NCBI GenBank assembly: GCA_964016885.1
Contig: OZ024740.1
Span: 200,756,001 to 200,820,000, forward strand
Length of the DNA stretch: 64,000 nt
Direction of reading: 5' to 3'
Source of the DNA: Eledone cirrhosa
Lineage: Eukaryota
The notes under the pieces are model-generated. The model did not search any database. It was not told the DNA's origin and saw nothing but the letters and a program-made list of their open reading frames with translations. Both the position numbers and the translations under genes were made by a program. Of the stretch, positions 13,580 to 26,605 are shown piece after piece. Numbering within the stretch: the stretch's first letter is position 1; the number at the start of each line of letters is the position of its first letter.

Positions 13580-14600
13580 ACATCATCGGTTTTTTTGTGA
13601 GCTGTGTACTTGGGCTGCAGAGAGAAGTATGTCCAGAGACCTGTACGACAGGTAGGCCATTGAGTATGTGGACAGAGCACAGTGGGGGCAAGCAGACAGT
13701 TGAAGGTATTTCTCTTGTCAAGCTTAACGATGAGGTGCCTGTTATCTCTCGGCCTTGGCTCGAGTGAGCAGTCTTGAAGAACAGTTTAGCAGCATGTGTG
13801 GCCCCCTCACACCTAATGACCACGCCAGCCCCTAGCTGCATTATACTTAGTTCTTCGTCCAGTTAGATGCTACAGACTTGCAGATGACTTTGGCAGACCT
13901 CCTTCTGAAGACATTACCCACAGCGATAGGACGTATGTTACCGTCTTTATTCCTAAGAGCCGTCAGGCCGGCCGAAATGAATAGGTATCGGAAATAAGAC
14001 GCCAGAGCGTCATAAATTAACCTGACAGCGGCAGAGATATCATACTAGGTTAATTTGACATTTATTCGGTCGAGTAATCACTTTGAATTGGCATCAGCAT
14101 TGAGGAACTGAGGGTACGTGAAGAAAGAGTGTGTAGCATGGATGTCTGTCGGAAGGTCGAAATGTAAGCTTTGACTAAAACCATTGTTGACAAGCCACCT
14201 CAATCGGCGCCAATATTGATATCAAGAGCGAGTGGGGCGAAATAGAAAAGTCGTTTCCAGTCACTGGGTCAATCAGAATGCAAGGCCTTGCAAACTGAAG
14301 ACATGAGAGTATCGACCACCTGCACCCATTCTGCTTTCGAAATGTTTAGAGGGGTGCTCCGAAGCCGCCTGATCCGAGTGATGTTGATCTGTGAGCCTTG
14401 AACATCAAACAGGCTTGCTGTCTTGTCTAGGTGTACGATGAATGGCCGCAGCTCTGTAGGTGTGGGAAAGAGGCAGCTACTCCATCTTCACGTTAAGAGT
14501 GCATTCAAGTCTCATCGTGTCAGGCCGCCCCTTAACAGTTCCGGCCTTTCTTCCGCCTATTGATCGTGACACATGTACTACAGGTAGCTCCCTCTGGTGA
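13580..14600 (-). mobile_element. Decayed CRE-clade-like non-LTR reverse transcriptase fragment
   Basis: Manual minus-strand translation gives GLTALRNKDGNIRPIAVGNVFRR (~13900-13980), QLGAGVVIRCEGATHAA and LVKLDKRNTFN, which are motifs typical of CRE-type RTs. Confidence 0.7.
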
Positions 14601-14699
14601 TATGGAGTGTGGAGAATAATCGGAGTCTGGAGCAGTATTTATCAATATTGCTGCATTGCCCTTTTTGTGGATGGTGGATGAGATTGCGATATTTGTTGT

Positions 14700-16340
14700 G
14701 ACAAACAATATGGCTGTACTATACTATTAGGGATTAGTTTAGTTGAATAAAGGGGGTTTATGATATTTTATCTGGTTTTCGGCCAAATATATATGTGTTT
14801 TATTTACAAATGGGAATGATTTCGTGTCTAAAATAATGTATACATGTATTGGACAAAGGTTACACTGAAACGGGCTGTTGATTTCATAGTTGATTATATG
14901 TTTCATTTGCAGGTAGTCTATTGAAGCATTTCAGGAGTGTACTAATATGTGGGAATTGTAGTTCGCTCCTGGCAGATTTATTCATATTTTCTTGTGAATT
15001 TGTTTTTCTAGTATTATTGTGGAAGTTTAAGAGAATAGGCTGGATTAAGCTCTTGGGAATGTGTTGTAGGTACATGTGTGAGGTTTTTGTTACGAGCCAC
15101 AGACATTTCGAGGATTTATGGCGTACAATTTATCCTAGTAGTTAGGAGGCGAATTTGTGAGTGGGATGTTAGTAAGGTGAACTATTTAGACGGCACTACT
15201 GAATGAAATGATGGGTCTGTGATATGTTTTCAATAAAATTAAGAACATAGTTTTGATGCACCGGGATGCACTTTCACCCTAGCTGTAGCCCCAAAATAAT
15301 GGGTTACAATTTTTTTTAACCAAGTATTTAGTTATGATAGAATTAGCATCCAATTAAAGGTCTCTATTTGGGATGGTAAAATTGTAAATACACATGAGTA
15401 GACAAAGTTATAATTTTAAAAAATGTGAATACGGCATTTTTGTCGGAGCATTGGCATGAGGGAAGAGATATGAAGTCAATCTGGAAGTATTTCGAGCCAG
15501 CAGCTATGTAACGGATAGTTAAGTCTCGTGGGCGACGAAGTGTTGGAATGTGGGGGGAGTTCTATAGGTGAGTGTTTTGTGATATTAAAGGTTTAAAAAC
15601 CTTTGAGTTGATATATTTCTTAACTTTATTATTTTCGTTTATTAGGGCAGTGGATTGGCAGTATCGGTAGAGGGTCGAGCGCCATGCTTTGCAGCATAGG
15701 GTTACGGTCCTTTATGATCTGAGTTCAAATCCCGCCGAGGTTAACTTTGCCTTTTATCCTTATGGGGTCGATAAAATAAAGTACCAGGCGGGCACTGGGG
15801 TAGATTTAATCGACTCTCCCCTCCCCCCAAAGTGCTGGCCTTGTGCCTCTATAAGAAACCATTATTTTCTTTTATTCATTTTATAGTCCGTGGTTTCATA
15901 TTAGTTAGTGTTAGCAAAGTCGTATATATTCGGTTACTTAATTGCTGTATCTTCGTTTTATTCCTTTTCGTGTTTATCGATCCGTTAAGTGGGATAGGGT
16001 TTCATTAGATTAATTGGTGATTTTGTGTCACGGTTGAAGCAGTTCGGGTTCTGCTGGTTGAGCGTAATGTTAGCGTCGGTGTGTGTCTGTACACCGAGTC
16101 AAGATTGTTGGGCGTATGGATCAATGAGAGTTTGAACTTATTATATGCAAACACCAGGACGATGGGGCAGTAGTCGCAGTAGAGGAATATAGAAACTGTG
16201 TAATACGATGGCTATAGGCTGATGAGTTCAGTCACCAATATACAGAGTAAGTTGAAAAGGATGGTGGTTGTTGTTTGGCTGAAATGACTGGTGAACAGTT
16301 TTCAAGAACATATTTGCATTTAAAACATGCGGTACGATTT
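14700..16340 (-). pseudogene. Very decayed Penelope-like RT remnant, possibly Naiad-type, interrupted by a SINE
   Basis: Minus-strand traces RPRDLTIRYIAAG (~DLKFRPIVAG), AVFTFFKIITLSTHV (~LVSFDVTSLYTNI) and HIPKSL (~NIPYSL); many stops. Confidence 0.4.
15645..15865 (+). mobile_element. Full-length tRNA-derived SINE family 1
   Basis: A-box-like TGGCAGTATCGG, B-box-like GAGTTCAAATCC, body GGGGTCGATAAAATAAAGTACCAG, 3' end GGCCTTGTGCC..GAAACCATTATT, and an imperfect ATTATTTTC..TTATT duplication. Confidence 0.85.
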
Positions 16341-16514
16341 GGGGGCTAGGGTTATTGATAGTATTGTGATTTGCATTTACTTATGTTCGTGGCTGGCATT
16401 GATTTAGATTGAAATTGTTTACGTTCTAGTTGAAGCATATATCGTGTTAATTCTATAGATATGTATAAACACGCACACGTACATACATACATATATACAT
16501 GCATACATAGATAC

Positions 16515-18410
16515 ATGTGGACATACATACATACACGCCCCCTCGTTATCGAGTATGGCCATTGCACGATAAAAAAAGAACACACATATATATTAATAAT
16601 TAATGGTGTTGTGATCGAATGTGGCTTTTTAGCCCAGCCAATGATCTAAAATATCTTGACAGAGTTGGCAACCAAAACATTCACTGGCAAAAGGCGTCTG
16701 TGGTTGGTCCTCGTGTACTTTTGCATGTCGTTTGGACCCTCCTGCTGATCTACACTCTCTTCCACATAGTTGACATGTGTGACGAGTAGCATCTCCGTCA
16801 GCAGCCTGGTAGTCAACCACTGGTCTCACTTTATGACTGCGAAGATGACTTTTGAGTCCAGCTTTGCTGAGGCAGTCTTGCACAGACGCTGCAAGTCAGC
16901 GCCATGGGAGGACCTTTATTGTCTGGAAATGTAACAGCAATGACTTTCCTTACATCTCATTTTACTTTCTCATATGCGATTCGAGATGCTGCAAAAGCAA
17001 CTCTCCCCTCATGTACAGTCTTTTTCCATTTATTACGATCAGCAGCTGCGCTTTCCCATATATCAGCAGAGACGTTAGCGTCTTTCAATGAGGCTTTCAA
17101 CGAATCCTTATACCTCCTTTTTGGTTTATGTGGAGGTCGTTTTCCTTTAACTAACTCTCCATAAAAGAGTTGTTTTAGTATCCTAGAATCCTTCATCCTG
17201 GCAAGCACCACTCCATCGGAATCTTTGCTTAAGCACAAGGGCGTCTATGCTTTCACACAGAGAGCTTTCCAAAATCTCGACATCACTGATCTGGTCCTCC
17301 AGTGAACGCCATGGATCCGTCTGAGACACATCTGGTGGAAACGTTCCAACTGTTTAAGGTGGTGTCGATATGTGACCCACGTCTCGCAAGCATAAAGAAG
17401 AGAATTGAGCACACATGCCCTGTACACATAGTAGATGTAAACACCGTGCTTGCAATTCCTGACCTGAATGCAATATAGAAAACCATTGCAAAGTATATGG
17501 CAAATAGGGTTGGGTCGGTGCTGTAATATCCTCCTGTTTCACTCCATTTTTCACTGAGATAGGCTCCGAAATGTTACCTCTAACATTGACCCAAGCCTTC
17601 ATGGAAAGACCTAACCAAAGCAAGGAACTTATCAGGGCAACCATATTTCTGGAGAATCTTCCACAATACATTTCCGTTAACAGTGTCGAAAACTTTTGTC
17701 AGATCGACAAAAACCTGATACAGATCCAAACCCTGTTCCATGCACTGCTCCTGAAGCTGTCTAGCTGAGAAGATCATATCAGTAGTGCCGCGTCCAGCAC
17801 GAAAACCAGATTGACTTTCAGGAAGCACCCTATATAATTCTTTTCCTACGACAGAAAGAAATGATATTCCACTATAGTTTCCACATCCTTGTATCCCTTT
17901 CCTTTGTACAAGACTACCATTATTGCATTCCTCCATTCACTAGCCAATATCCTGCCAAACAAAGAGGTAACATGTCGCAGAAATCTCTCACCACCATATT
18001 GCAAGAGGTCTGTATGTATGCCATCCATACGTGAAGAACTTCCACTGTTCAGCTTCGAGACAACTATTCCAATTTTCTCTAACGTCGGTGGAGTTGGGAG
18101 AGCTACTTTTACAGGTTTTTCCGGGAATGAGATTGAAGAAATCTTCATTGATGACGGACGGCTAATTCAAAAGTTCATCAAAGTGTTCTCGCCACCTTCG
18201 CAGAATTCCCTGTGAGTCATGATGAAGTTACCTGCTATCCCTGCAGTGAAGCGGTGTCAGCAGAAAAGAAGACGTTCCGTGAACTTTATACAATAATTTG
18301 TACAGGTCGCCATGCTACGAGACTTCCTAACAGCCAGGTCGAACATTGCCTTGAAACAACTATGCCTGTAAGAAACTTGACACCACGTGTACCGTCTAAG
18401 TCTACCTCGA
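16515..18410 (-). mobile_element. RTE (BovB-like) LINE, 5'-truncated and frameshifted, with three C-terminal C2H2 fingers
   Basis: ORF pieces ESQSGFRAGRGTTDMIFSARQLQE..FVDLTKVFDTV, GVKQ, LLYACETW and KQLFYGEL..GKR..KPKRRYKDSLK. The 3' end has a CTCG-ATAA-CGAG hairpin and a (TGTA)n tail. Confidence 0.88.
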
Positions 18411-19203
18411 ATGCTGGGAAAAAACACTATCGATAATAATAATAATCGAAGAAATAATAATAATAATCGAAGAAATTTGACACAATCCGAGTCTACCTCG
18501 ACTATTGTGGAAAATATTACCGATAATGATAATAATCAAAAGTATAAACAATTGAAAGTTTCCCTTAGTGAACGAATTAAAACTTGCTGAACGTATTAAA
18601 ACAACAATATTTAATTTTTAAAAAAAACAAATAATGAAATATTTCGTGTTATTGACGAAATAGGGGATGAATATTTACGACGAATAAAAACCCCAACATT
18701 TTGGCAAATCAACACCTGTTTATATGCCTTAACAACGACAGTGAAGCATTATCTTGGTGACAGCAGAGATATTAACAAGAACAGAACACCACCAAAAATA
18801 CCATCATATATAACTAAAATAGAAAAAAAGATTGCTGACCTACGAACAACCATAGGATATATGACAATGCTCCTTACATGCAAACAAACACAAAAAAACT
18901 CACTCCTCACCAACAAAGAGTGAAAAATAAAATAGAGACGATGTTTGGTAACAGTAGAACCAGAACTCTCCAATATAAGCTGATCACCCTCAAACAAGAA
19001 TTGTGAGCTGTTAGCGAAAAACGCCGATACCTGAAGAAGGTAGATGAGAGAAAAGTGCTTAATAAAAGATTCAGACGAAACCAAACATCAGTCTATAGAG
19101 ATGTGAAGGGCAAAATAATAAGTGTCACTGAAAGACACAGAAAGACATAGATTCCTTTTGGAGCAAAATATGGGGTGAAAAGAAGAATTTCAACCAAGAT
19201 GCA

Positions 19204-20475
19204 ATGGGGCGAAGAGAAATCCGAAAGAACTATTGCTCCTACACTACAACAAAAACATACGAAATAAGTGAGGATACCCTTGAGACTGTGATAGGAAAAC
19301 TCCAAAATAAGAAAACACCAGGAAGAGACATGATTGTTGGCTACTGGTACAAAAAACTGATATTCTATCGGAGGTATCTTACTGAACTCTACCAACAAGT
19401 TCTTAAGGAAGATACACTTATACCAGAATGGTTGACATTAGCACAAACATTACTGGTCCCCCAAAACAAAGACACCCACTTGGCAAAAAACTACCGACCC
19501 ATTGCATACCAGAACCTGATGTATAAGATGTATACAACCTGCCTGAACCTATTCCCCCAAGATCACTGTGAAAATAATAACATCATCACAGATGAACAAG
19601 TAGCTGGAAAGAAAGGGCTTTGGGGATATGCTGAACAACTCCTAATCAACAAAACTGCGATGTCGGAGGTGCGACAACTCAGGAGGAATATGGCTACAAT
19701 CTGGCTGGACTACAGGAAAGCTTTCGATTCTCTTCCGCACTCTTGGATAATAGAGGCCCTCCAACTTGCTAAAGTCCCAGACATTATTGTCAAAGCCATA
19801 GAGAGGCTGTCTTCTTCTTGGGCTACTATCCTAAGGTTAAAGACAGAGGACTCTATTTTCACTGATAAAATAAAATATTGCAGGGGTAAATTTCAGGGGG
19901 ACAGTCTCTCTGTGATATTATTCATCTTGTCATTAAACCACTTGTCCTTTCTGCTCAAGAAATGTGAGGGATACATCATTGGCTCACAGGAGGACAGAAA
20001 TACGAACCTAACCCATAATTTCTTTGTGGACGATCTGAAACTCTATGCCAAGAGCATGGATGGGATGACAACGTTCTCAAAGGATATAGGAATGGAGTTT
20101 GGCCAAGATAAATGCTCATACATGACTGTAAAGCGGGGGGAAACAACAACCCAATCTAGCAATGGCCAAACTGTTTCACCGATATGTGATGAGGACTGCT
20201 ACAGATACCTGGGGATAGATGAGAACATATCCTATAATGGTATCTGTAATAAAGAACGCGTAACCAGGGAATACTACACCCGATTAAGAAAGATCTGGTC
20301 ATCGGAACTCCCTGCGCAAAACAAAACAGTGGCTCACAATGTGTTTGCTGTGCCTTTCCTAACACCAACGTTTGGAATACTCAATTGGACGATAGACGAA
20401 ATCCGAGCAGTTGATGTTGGAACTCGAAAAATACTAAACAACACCGGAAACTTCCACATCAGCAGTGACACGTAA
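19204..20475 (+). pseudogene. RT domain ORF fragment of R4-type element A
   Basis: 423-aa ORF with RT motifs; the frame continues out of phase into 20689-21438. Confidence 0.85.
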
Positions 20476-20688
20476 GCAGGGAGGCAGAGGCATAACATCA
20501 CTCCAGACAACATTTGAATGTCGCATCATATCTCTCCGACATCTACGAACCTCAAAGCGTAGGAGCCCGTTTCTCGAGCAAGTCTATCTGCATGAAACAG
20601 ATAAGTTCATAGAGTTGGGAAGGAACTGCTGTGTGATAATCAAAAACTCACACCCAGGGAAGTCGCTCAGCAGTATCGCAGTGGATCC

Positions 20689-21438
20689 ATGGATGAAAAA
20701 CTGCATGCTTATCAGCAAAAGATCATGCATGGATATATTGCAAGGAAGCTCCAGAGTGAGAGTAATATAGATAAGGAAAGTAGTCTATCTTGGATCAACA
20801 ACCGCTATATTGGCTCCCACTTTGAAGGATACGCTTTTGTAATCCAAGAACAGGAGATTAACACGAAATACCTGATTCACAAAAGAGATAGGGATGCAGG
20901 CAAAACACCTAGCTGTGATAACAAGTGCAGACTCTGCAGAACTAACATCGAGGATATCCCCCATGCCATCAGCAGCTGCCCAAAGATGTCATCGCGGTAC
21001 TATCTACCTATGAGGCATGATGTAGTGGCCAAAACACTGTACAATGCAGTTCGTAAAAAAGATAGCCCCGATAATAAACACATTAAAAGCTACAGCAATG
21101 TGGAAGACATTCATGTACATATGAAAGAGTACTGGTGGAATGTTCCAGTAAAACCCCCAATAAAATTTAGGCATAACAGGCCAGATATTATGATATGGGA
21201 CAGGGAGAAGAAAGCATGTACAGTAGTGGAAATTAGCTACCCAGCAGATGCCAATATAATATCAAAGATTAGTGAAAAGGAAAATATTTATGCAGAACTG
21301 ATGAAAAATCTGCTGATACTCCACCCTGATTACACCTTCAGATTTATGCCTGTGATTATTGGGGCACGGAGGTATGTTAGTAACTGCCTCAATACAAATC
21401 TTGAGAAGCTAGGCTTCACGGGAACAGAAAGAAGATAA
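20689..21438 (+). pseudogene. Zn-knuckle/RLE fragment of R4-type element A
   Basis: CRLCRTNIEDIPHAISSC, RHD, RPD..E..K..Y; premature stop. Confidence 0.85.
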
Positions 21439-21744
21439 CTAGTTAGGAAAATACAAGTACAATCCATTAATGGAACAGTGAAAATATGTAAAACATTCCA
21501 AACATTTTATATCTAATAACTGCATATACACATGTACAGATGCAAAGCATATACACATGCACATGTACAACTCAAAACATACACATCCACACATACAATA
21601 ACATCCATATCTACACATGCATACATACATACATATCTACCTAGTTGATGTTGTGTAAATTCCAATGCGAGAGTCTTGTGTCTATGTTAGAAACCGACTC
21701 TCTCTCTATTGGTAAAACTTTGTGAAATTATAAAACCAGAAGAA

Positions 21745-21784
21745 CATACATACATACATACATACATACATACATACATACATA
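21745..21784. repeat. (CATA)n tract joining elements A and B
   Basis: About 10 perfect units. Confidence 0.95.
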
Positions 21785-24700
21785 AAATGGCGACCGTTGT
21801 GGTCAGTGTCCGATAATCGGACGTGTGTAATTACGGCTTACATGAAGGCAACATACCATATATTGGAAAAAGTTGAGCTACATTACGCGGTAAGATTACA
21901 TACAATAATTCTACATAAGTGTTTGAACTGTAAGTCTGTTGTAAAACACCTATTTATATGAACGATACATACACTTATGATATATGAACGATACATACAC
22001 TTTAACATATAAATGCAAGGTTGTTATATTACATTTATAAAGAAATATACAAGTAACGTTTTCGATTCAGAAACAAAAATATAAGTGTTTGAACTGTGAA
22101 TATGTTGTGAATGGGTTGTAGAACACCTATTTATATGAATGATACATAAACTTTAACATATAAATACCGCGTTGTTATATTATATTACATTCATAAAGGA
22201 ATATACTAAGTAACGGTTCTTTTTGTTCTCGATTCAAACGATTCAAGAACAACGTTTAAAACACAGTTGTAGAATTAAAAACTAACTGAAAAGAAATATT
22301 ACCCAAGCTGTGAATAACTTTAAATTTGATTCTGACAGAACTTTGTCGTAACTTTTAAAGAAGATCATCGACTATTTTGAAAAATAAATACGAAATATTA
22401 GTGAATAGACGAACTCATCATGGCAAAAAGTACAAGTCTCCTTCGACCAAATCGCAACTACAACCGTTGTACACAGTGGAGCTACGAGCTTAACAAAGTA
22501 TTATATGAAGCATACAAACAATCTGAACCCCAAAAGTTCGGTTTTATGCAAAGGCTAATAAATTTATGGAACTCCAAACACCCAGAATTAGACTTTTCTC
22601 CAAAGCATTTAAATGAACAGGCAAAACGTATCATTAGATGTAAATTGATACATCTAACGGAATTGAGTGATACTACAAATACAGCCCTTGTAGACAACCA
22701 CCCCACCTCCACTGACAGACAAAGAGAATGGCCAGCTAAATCTAACAGTGAACAGCTCACCAACAATTTGCTGAAATCCATCCCACTTCCACTGAAGAAC
22801 AGCGAGAAAGGTCAGCTGACTCTAGTAGTAATTGTCACCACATCAACAACGAGGCTGAAATTCATGACTCTACTGAACAAACAGAGCACCAAAAACTTGT
22901 GGGCACCCTACAAGTGATATGGAACGATATGTTTCAAGAGATACACAGCCTTAATGTGAGTGACAGACTAGAGTCAGTAAAGAACCCACTAAATTGGAAT
23001 TGGAAGCGGTGAACGAAATAGCTGGCAATTATCTGAAGGCTATACGATCTAAAGGTGTAGAAACGACATTTGAAACGCTTAATGTTTTGTTATATGTTTC
23101 AGCTGTCACATTGCTATCATATAACACACATCTAAAACCACGCAATCAAGATACAAACAGAAAGCCTGAACCAGCGTGGATGCGAAATTTAAAAACCAAA
23201 ATTTTGTCCCTGAGACGAAGTATCTCACACATCGCAGTCGTTATGAAATGCAACATAGAGAGCAACTTCACACGACACCAGGAAGACCTAAAGAAAAAGT
23301 TAGAGAGACGATTTGGAGATAAAAAATTTAAAACTTTGAACTCCAAATTACACCAGTTGAAACAACAACTCACAGCTACAACAGAAAGACTAAAATATAA
23401 GTCAACAGCACATAAACGACAAGTGCTAAATAGATTGTTTGCCAGAGATCCTAAATCAGTTTATCGCAGCTTCGGTGGCAAAAGCTCAATCCCTGTAAAC
23501 GACACCCCTTCAAAAGAACAGGTTGAGAGCTACTGGAGATATGTATGGGAAACGGATGACGGATTCAACAGACAAGCTAATTGGCTAAAAGAACTGGAAC
23601 AGGACTACTGCTAACATGTCCAGACAAAACAATATGACATAGATGGGTCAATACTGGAAACAGCTCTACAGAAAATGTCGAATAGGAAATCACCAGGCCC
23701 AGACCTCATTACAGGATACTGGTTGAAGAATTTCACTTTCTATCGGCAAGATCTCATACGGCTGTTTACAGAAATCATTGAGGGCACACAAGAACTGCCC
23801 AGATAGTTATCAACTGCCACTACTCTCCTCATTCCCAAAAGTAGCCAAACCACCCTTGCTAAAAATTACCGCCCAATTGCCTGCCAAAACATCATGTATA
23901 TATTATATACTGGGTGCCTTCACCTGTTCTTACAGGACCACTGTGCTACCAACAACATCATAACACCTGAGCAAGCTGGTGGAAAGAGGGAGGTGTGGGG
24001 TTGCATAGATCACCTACTAACTAACAAAATGATTCAGGAAAAAACAACAAAGAATCGCAGAAACATGACTGTCGTGTGGCTGGACTATCAAAAAGCATTT
24101 GATAGTGTACCTCATGGGTGGATTATTAAGGCTTTACAGTTAGCTAAAGTCCCACAATCATTGGTAGCTGCTGTTGAACGCCTGACCAAGAACTGGTACA
24201 CCAATTTGATCCTTAGAGGTGAGAGGGGGCAGGTTAAGACTGATAAGATACATTACCAGAAGGGCATCTTTCAGGGTGATAGCTTGTCGGTGCTACTCTT
24301 CGTTCTCTCACTGAATCCACTATCTTACCTACTCAGGAAACAAGGTGGACAAAGAAGTGGGCCCAGAAGTATCTCCCAACTTTTCTTTGTTGATGACCTG
24401 AAGTTGTATGGGCCAAATATCAATGACATCAAGAAACAATTGGACCTTATTACAAAATTTTCAACCGACATCAAAATGAAATTTGGTGAGTCCAAGTGTG
24501 CATATTTGGCAGTAAAACGTGGAAGAGCTGTGCCCTCCTCTAGAAATCTAGAGATGAACGGCCTGACAATACAACCTCTGCAGTCAGGTGACAACTACAG
24601 ATATCTTGGACAGGATGAGAATGTCAGATATGATGGACCCATAAATAAGGAGAGAACCAGAACTGAATACCTCAGAAGAGTAAAGAAAATATGGTCATCA

Positions 24701-25998
24701 GAACTGTCAGCATACAACAAATACATTGCCCACAATACTTATGCTGTGCCAATTCTAACGCCAACATTTGGCCTACTGAACTGGTCATTGCAAGAACTAA
24801 GTGAGATGGATGTTAGAACTCGAAAACTTCTCAGTGTTACTGGCAACTTTAACATCAATGGTGATGTGGATAGGCTATACTTCTCACGCAAGGAAGGTGG
24901 CCGGGGTCTAAAATCAATATTAACAACATATGAGAGCCGGATAGTAACACTGAAGCAACACATTCAACAGAGGGAAAAGGTTGGCAACCATCTTGCCCAG
25001 GTTTATGAGCATGAAAAAAGAAATATCATTAGAATAGCGACTGATCTGGAGGAGAGATATGGAATAAAGCCTGACATAAATCTCTCACCCAGAGAAATCG
25101 GAAGATCCTATTCAATGTTCAAACAAGATAAGAAAATTGACCAATTTACAGAAAAAGTTGTGCATGGATACTTGAGGCGTAAAACACAGACCATAGAGGG
25201 GATAAACCACTCAAAAAGCCTGGCATGGAGTTCCGACAAGTTTATGACATCACACCTTCAGGGATATCTCTATGCAATACAGGAACAAGAACTCCCTACC
25301 AAATATCTGCTGCACAAAAGAGGATGGCCAGCAGCTGACAATAAATGTAGGCTATGTAAAACAAAGATCGAGGATGTAAGCCACATTGTTGCCAGCTGCG
25401 AAAGAATGTCATCTCGCTACTACCTCCCCATGAGACACGATGGGATAGCTAGAACCATCTGGAACGCACTTCGGAAAACAAAATTAACAACAAACGAGGA
25501 AGAATATATTGAGACAGATGGCACTAAGGAATACTGGTGGAACCTGAAAATAAAAACTGCCACCAAATTAAAGCACAACCGGCCTGATATTGTAGTTTGG
25601 GACCACACATTGAAAACGTATTCTGTTGTGGAGATCAGCTGCCCACTTGATGTAAACGTTGTCAGAAAAATACAGGAGAAGGAGGACATCTACGGACCAT
25701 TGATGAGGAGTTTACAAATCCAGTATCCAAGATACACCTTTAGCTTCATACCCATCATTATTGGTGCTACGGGTTATATACCAACCCGCTTGGACCAAAG
25801 TATGATTGAACTTGGAGTTGCGGACAAAAAGCGCAGCTCCCTAATTCATAGTCTGCAGATGGCTGCGATAGCTGGCACCTTCAAAATTTGCAAAACATTC
25901 TTGCGATTCAAGGGATGACAATTTCTTTTCTTTTACAACCTTGCCACCAGGAAGGTGGCCGGTCAAAAAAATATACTCGAAATTAAGAGAAAGAGAAA
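21785..25998 (+). mobile_element. R4/Dong-type non-LTR retrotransposon B, apparently full length
   Basis: ~630-nt 5' UTR, a single ORF from 22420 broken by one frameshift and two stops, RT-RLE to 25918, short 3' UTR, and (CATA)n on both sides. Confidence 0.9.
23894..25918 (+). CDS. RT + CCHC + RLE portion of element B ORF (674 aa open)
   Basis: WLDYQKAFDSVPH, GIFQGDSLS, LFFVDDLKLY, GGRGL, CRLC..HIVASC, RHD, RPDIVVWD..VVEISCP..KEDIY. Confidence 0.9.
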   Translation: MYILYTGCLHLFLQDHCATNNIITPEQAGGKREVWGCIDHLLTNKMIQEKTTKNRRNMTVVWLDYQKAFDSVPHGWIIKALQLAKVPQSLVAAVERLTKNWYTNLILRGERGQVKTDKIHYQKGIFQGDSLSVLLFVLSLNPLSYLLRKQGGQRSGPRSISQLFFVDDLKLYGPNINDIKKQLDLITKFSTDIKMKFGESKCAYLAVKRGRAVPSSRNLEMNGLTIQPLQSGDNYRYLGQDENVRYDGPINKERTRTEYLRRVKKIWSSELSAYNKYIAHNTYAVPILTPTFGLLNWSLQELSEMDVRTRKLLSVTGNFNINGDVDRLYFSRKEGGRGLKSILTTYESRIVTLKQHIQQREKVGNHLAQVYEHEKRNIIRIATDLEERYGIKPDINLSPREIGRSYSMFKQDKKIDQFTEKVVHGYLRRKTQTIEGINHSKSLAWSSDKFMTSHLQGYLYAIQEQELPTKYLLHKRGWPAADNKCRLCKTKIEDVSHIVASCERMSSRYYLPMRHDGIARTIWNALRKTKLTTNEEEYIETDGTKEYWWNLKIKTATKLKHNRPDIVVWDHTLKTYSVVEISCPLDVNVVRKIQEKEDIYGPLMRSLQIQYPRYTFSFIPIIIGATGYIPTRLDQSMIELGVADKKRSSLIHSLQMAAIAGTFKICKTFLRFKG

Positions 25999-26511
25999 AC
26001 ATACATACATACATACATACATACATACAAGCACCATAGTTTTTCGTCTAGTGTTAAAATGAGAATGAATAATTTCAATATGCCGTGCAATGGATATGTA
26101 AAATAAATATAACATGTACGCAAAGGTAGCGTGCAAAACACATTAATAAAAGCAGATAAAGCCATACCGAATAAAACCTAGGAGTATTTAATTTAAGTTA
26201 GAAACTTACCTGCTTAATATACTAAAATATTCTATTAAAACTGTAGACACGAGATTTATACGATTCCACGTTACATAGATATATTCCAGAATATTACTAC
26301 ATACACATATAATATTTAGAGAGAAAATAATCCTGATCTAAAATAAACTTTGGATCCCAACGGAATAGCTTGATTCAGAAAATACACACTCAAACATTCA
26401 AATTGTAGATGAACAAATAAGGAATAGATCATGAAAATACAAACAGCGAACAATCAGCACAGAAATAGAAACGACGAGAACAATTTTTTCAAGTATATAT
26501 ATAAATATATT

Positions 26512-26605
<94 letters not shown>

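Larger units (their letters stand above)
18397..21744 (+). mobile_element. R4/Dong-type non-LTR retrotransposon A (RT + CCHC + restriction-like endonuclease), 5'-truncated and disrupted
   Basis: NYRPIA, WLDYRKAFDS, FQGDSLS, FFVDDLKL, YRYLG, CRLC..HAISSC, RHD, RPDIMIWD..VVEISYP. The element ends at (CATA)n. Confidence 0.9.

Noticed and set aside
15645-15735. tRNA gene
   Set aside because: A/B-box-like motifs belong to a SINE head; no cloverleaf.
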